64,000 bases of DNA from an uncultured Actinomycetes bacterium (GTDB lineage Bacteria > Actinomycetota > Thermoleophilia > UBA2241), in NCBI GenBank assembly GCA_963725665.1, contig CAVRZA010000004.1, forward strand, positions 384,001 to 448,000, read 5' to 3'. A program made the translations under genes and the position numbers. This document shows positions 62,480 to 64,000 of the stretch, one piece after another (the stretch's first letter is position 1; each line of letters begins with the position of its first letter). Below the pieces are notes generated by a model. The model saw only the letters and a program-made list of their open reading frames with translations, was not told the DNA's origin and did no database searches.

Positions 62480-63036
62480 GTGGATCCGTCCTCGCCGAAC
62501 CTCCCGCCGACCGGTGAGCCGCCGACCGGCGCGCCCCCGCCGGCGCGCCGCCCGCCGGCGCGCCACCTGCCGGCGCGCCGCCGGCCGACGCGCCCCCCGC
62601 GTTCTCCGTCGCCGTACGCCGCGACCTACGGAGCGGAGTGCGATCCGGTCTGCACACCTTCTGGATCCTCGCGCGCGCCATGATCCCGGCGTACTTGCTG
62701 GCGCTGGTCCTCAAGGAGCTCGGGGTCATCGACTGGCTGGCCCACGCGGCGGGGCCCGTGATGTCGCTCCTGGGCCTTCCGGGCGACGCCGCGGTGCCGC
62801 TGCTGCTCGCCTACATCCTCAACCTTTACGCCGCCGTGGGGGCCATGCAGGCGCTCACTCTGAGCGCGCAGCAGATCACCGTGCTCGCCCTGGCGATACT
62901 CATCGGCCACAACCTGCTCGTCGAGGGTGCCGTGCAGCGGCGCACAGGGATGAATCCCTTCTTCTTCGGCGCCCTGCGAGTGGTGGCAGGCCTTGCGTGC
63001 GGCGCCGTGGCCAACCTGATCATGAACGCTCTGTGA
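62480..63036 (+). CDS. Nucleoside-recognition (Gate) domain membrane protein; probable 1-nt deletion in the N-terminal repeat
   Basis: PVMSLLGLPGDAA...NLYAA...HNLLVE; frame open upstream of 62638 through PPAGA repeats. Confidence 0.75.
62504..62592 (+). repeat. 15-bp tandem repeat, six units (PPTGE/PPTGA/PPAGA/PPADA)
   Basis: CCGCCGACCGGTGAG, CCGCCGACCGGCGCG, CCCCCGCCGGCGCG (14 nt), CCGCCCGCCGGCGCG, CCACCTGCCGGCGCG, CCGCCGGCCGACGCG. Confidence 0.85.
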
Positions 63037-63086
63037 GGATGCCGTGACGACGACGCGACGGCACGTGCGCGAAGAACGGGGAAGAA

Positions 63087-63542
63087 GTGGCTGACTTCAT
63101 CCGTACCTTCCTCGCGGGCAGCTTGGACCTGCTCATCCGGGTGTTCGTCATCGTCGTGCCCATCATGGTGGTGCTCGAGCTCTTCGAGGGGAGCAGGCCC
63201 TTCGCGGCCCTGGTGCGCGGCTGGTCGCGCCTCGTGGGACGACTCGGTCTCACCGAGGAGACGGCCGCTCCTACGCTCATCGGGTTCCTCTTCGGCATCG
63301 CCTATGGCGGCGGCGTGATCGTCCGCGACACCGAGCGTCACGGCCTCGGGCGTCGGCAAGTGTTTCTGATGAGCGTCTTCCTGAGCATGGTGCACGCCAT
63401 CGTCGAGGACAGCCTGGTGCTCGTCGCCGTCGGAGCGAGCGCCCTCTGGATCTTCGGCTTCCGCACCGTCTGGGCGATCGGCGTGACGGCCGTCTTGGGC
63501 GCCGCCGCGACGGCGTTCGCGCGGCGGCGGCGCCGGTCGTGA
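63087..63542 (+). CDS. Second Gate-domain membrane protein
   Basis: GFLFGIAYGGGVI...HAIVED. Confidence 0.8.
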   Translation: MADFIRTFLAGSLDLLIRVFVIVVPIMVVLELFEGSRPFAALVRGWSRLVGRLGLTEETAAPTLIGFLFGIAYGGGVIVRDTERHGLGRRQVFLMSVFLSMVHAIVEDSLVLVAVGASALWIFGFRTVWAIGVTAVLGAAATAFARRRRRS

Positions 63543-63600
63543 TCGGGGCGCGGCGAGTCGGACGGGGACCCGGCGTAGACGCCTCGATCCGAGAGCGTTC

Positions 63601-63633
63601 ATTCTTGACCAAGCTTATCCAGTTTGTCATTCT
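63601..63633 (+). promoter_or_regulatory. Leaderless promoter overlapping a putative Rrf2 operator
   Basis: TTGACC-N17-CATTCT with TG extension, 6 nt before GTG; AT-rich patch ATTCTTGACCAAGCTTATCCAGTTT. Confidence 0.65.
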
Positions 63634-63639
63634 GAAGCT

Positions 63640-64000
63640 GTGAACATCTCGGCCAAGAGCAGGTACGCGGTGCGCGCGCTGGTCGAGCTCGCCGAGCGCG
63701 CGGAGGCGGCGCCGGGCAAGCCCGTCCGGCTGGGCGACATCGCCGAAACGCGTGACATCCCGCCGCAGTTCCTCGAGCAGCTCTTCTCCTCGCTGCGTCG
63801 CTCGGGCCTCTTGCGCAGCCACCGCGGCGCCAGCGGTGGCTTCAGCTTCGCCCGGCGCCCCGAGGAGATCACCGTGTTGGAGGTCGTCGAGGCTCTCGAC
63901 GGTCTCCTCTCTCCGGCGACTTGCACGCAGGGCGAGTGCGACCGGCTCGACGGCTGCGGCGCCGCGGGCGTGTGGATCGAAGCCAAACAGGCTCTCGAAG
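63640..64000 (+). CDS. Rrf2-family regulator with three Cys (IscR-like), 3' end outside window
   Basis: Not in the ORF track: MNISAKSRYAVRALVELA...FLEQL...SHRGASGGF...EALDG...CTQGECDRLDGC. Confidence 0.9.
   Translation, partial: MNISAKSRYAVRALVELAERAEAAPGKPVRLGDIAETRDIPPQFLEQLFSSLRRSGLLRSHRGASGGFSFARRPEEITVLEVVEALDGLLSPATCTQGECDRLDGCGAAGVWIEAKQALE

Noticed and set aside
62504-62592. CRISPR-like repeat
   Set aside because: Contiguous 15-bp coding repeat with no spacers and no cas genes; no CRISPR array was seen anywhere in the window.

Overview
High-GC chromosomal window from a deep-branching actinobacterium. The 16S sequence and a fused PafBC are consistent with Thermoleophilia, but this is an inference without a database search. 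Core content: a partial U32/DUF3656 gene, a class A PBP, tyrS, one 16S-23S-5S operon, tmRNA, putA, cydAB, lepB, two OmpR-type two-component pairs, an ABC exporter and a partial Rrf2 regulator. The most striking feature is an intact IS900-like IS110 element (34814-36250) inserted between the Shine-Dalgarno sequence and start codon of a host gene. Its non-coding end carries four readable bridge-RNA-type guides, two matching the target (start codon and SD) and two matching its own ends. The predicted circle junction forms a TTGACA-N17-TACCTT promoter, and an antisense ORF runs end to end from the hijacked SD. Also notable are a TetR-controlled cluster of an atypical transcarbamylase, carbamate kinase, M20 hydrolase, unusual fold-III decarboxylase and VOC protein with twin 20-bp operators; a divergent racemase / D-ornithine-D-lysine-decarboxylase-like pair; a 7-nt insertion in 23S helix 69; and several enzymes with altered catalytic motifs. 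Five to six genes carry 1-2 nt frameshifts that look like consensus errors, so single-site anomalies need read-level confirmation. All family calls rest on motif recognition only.
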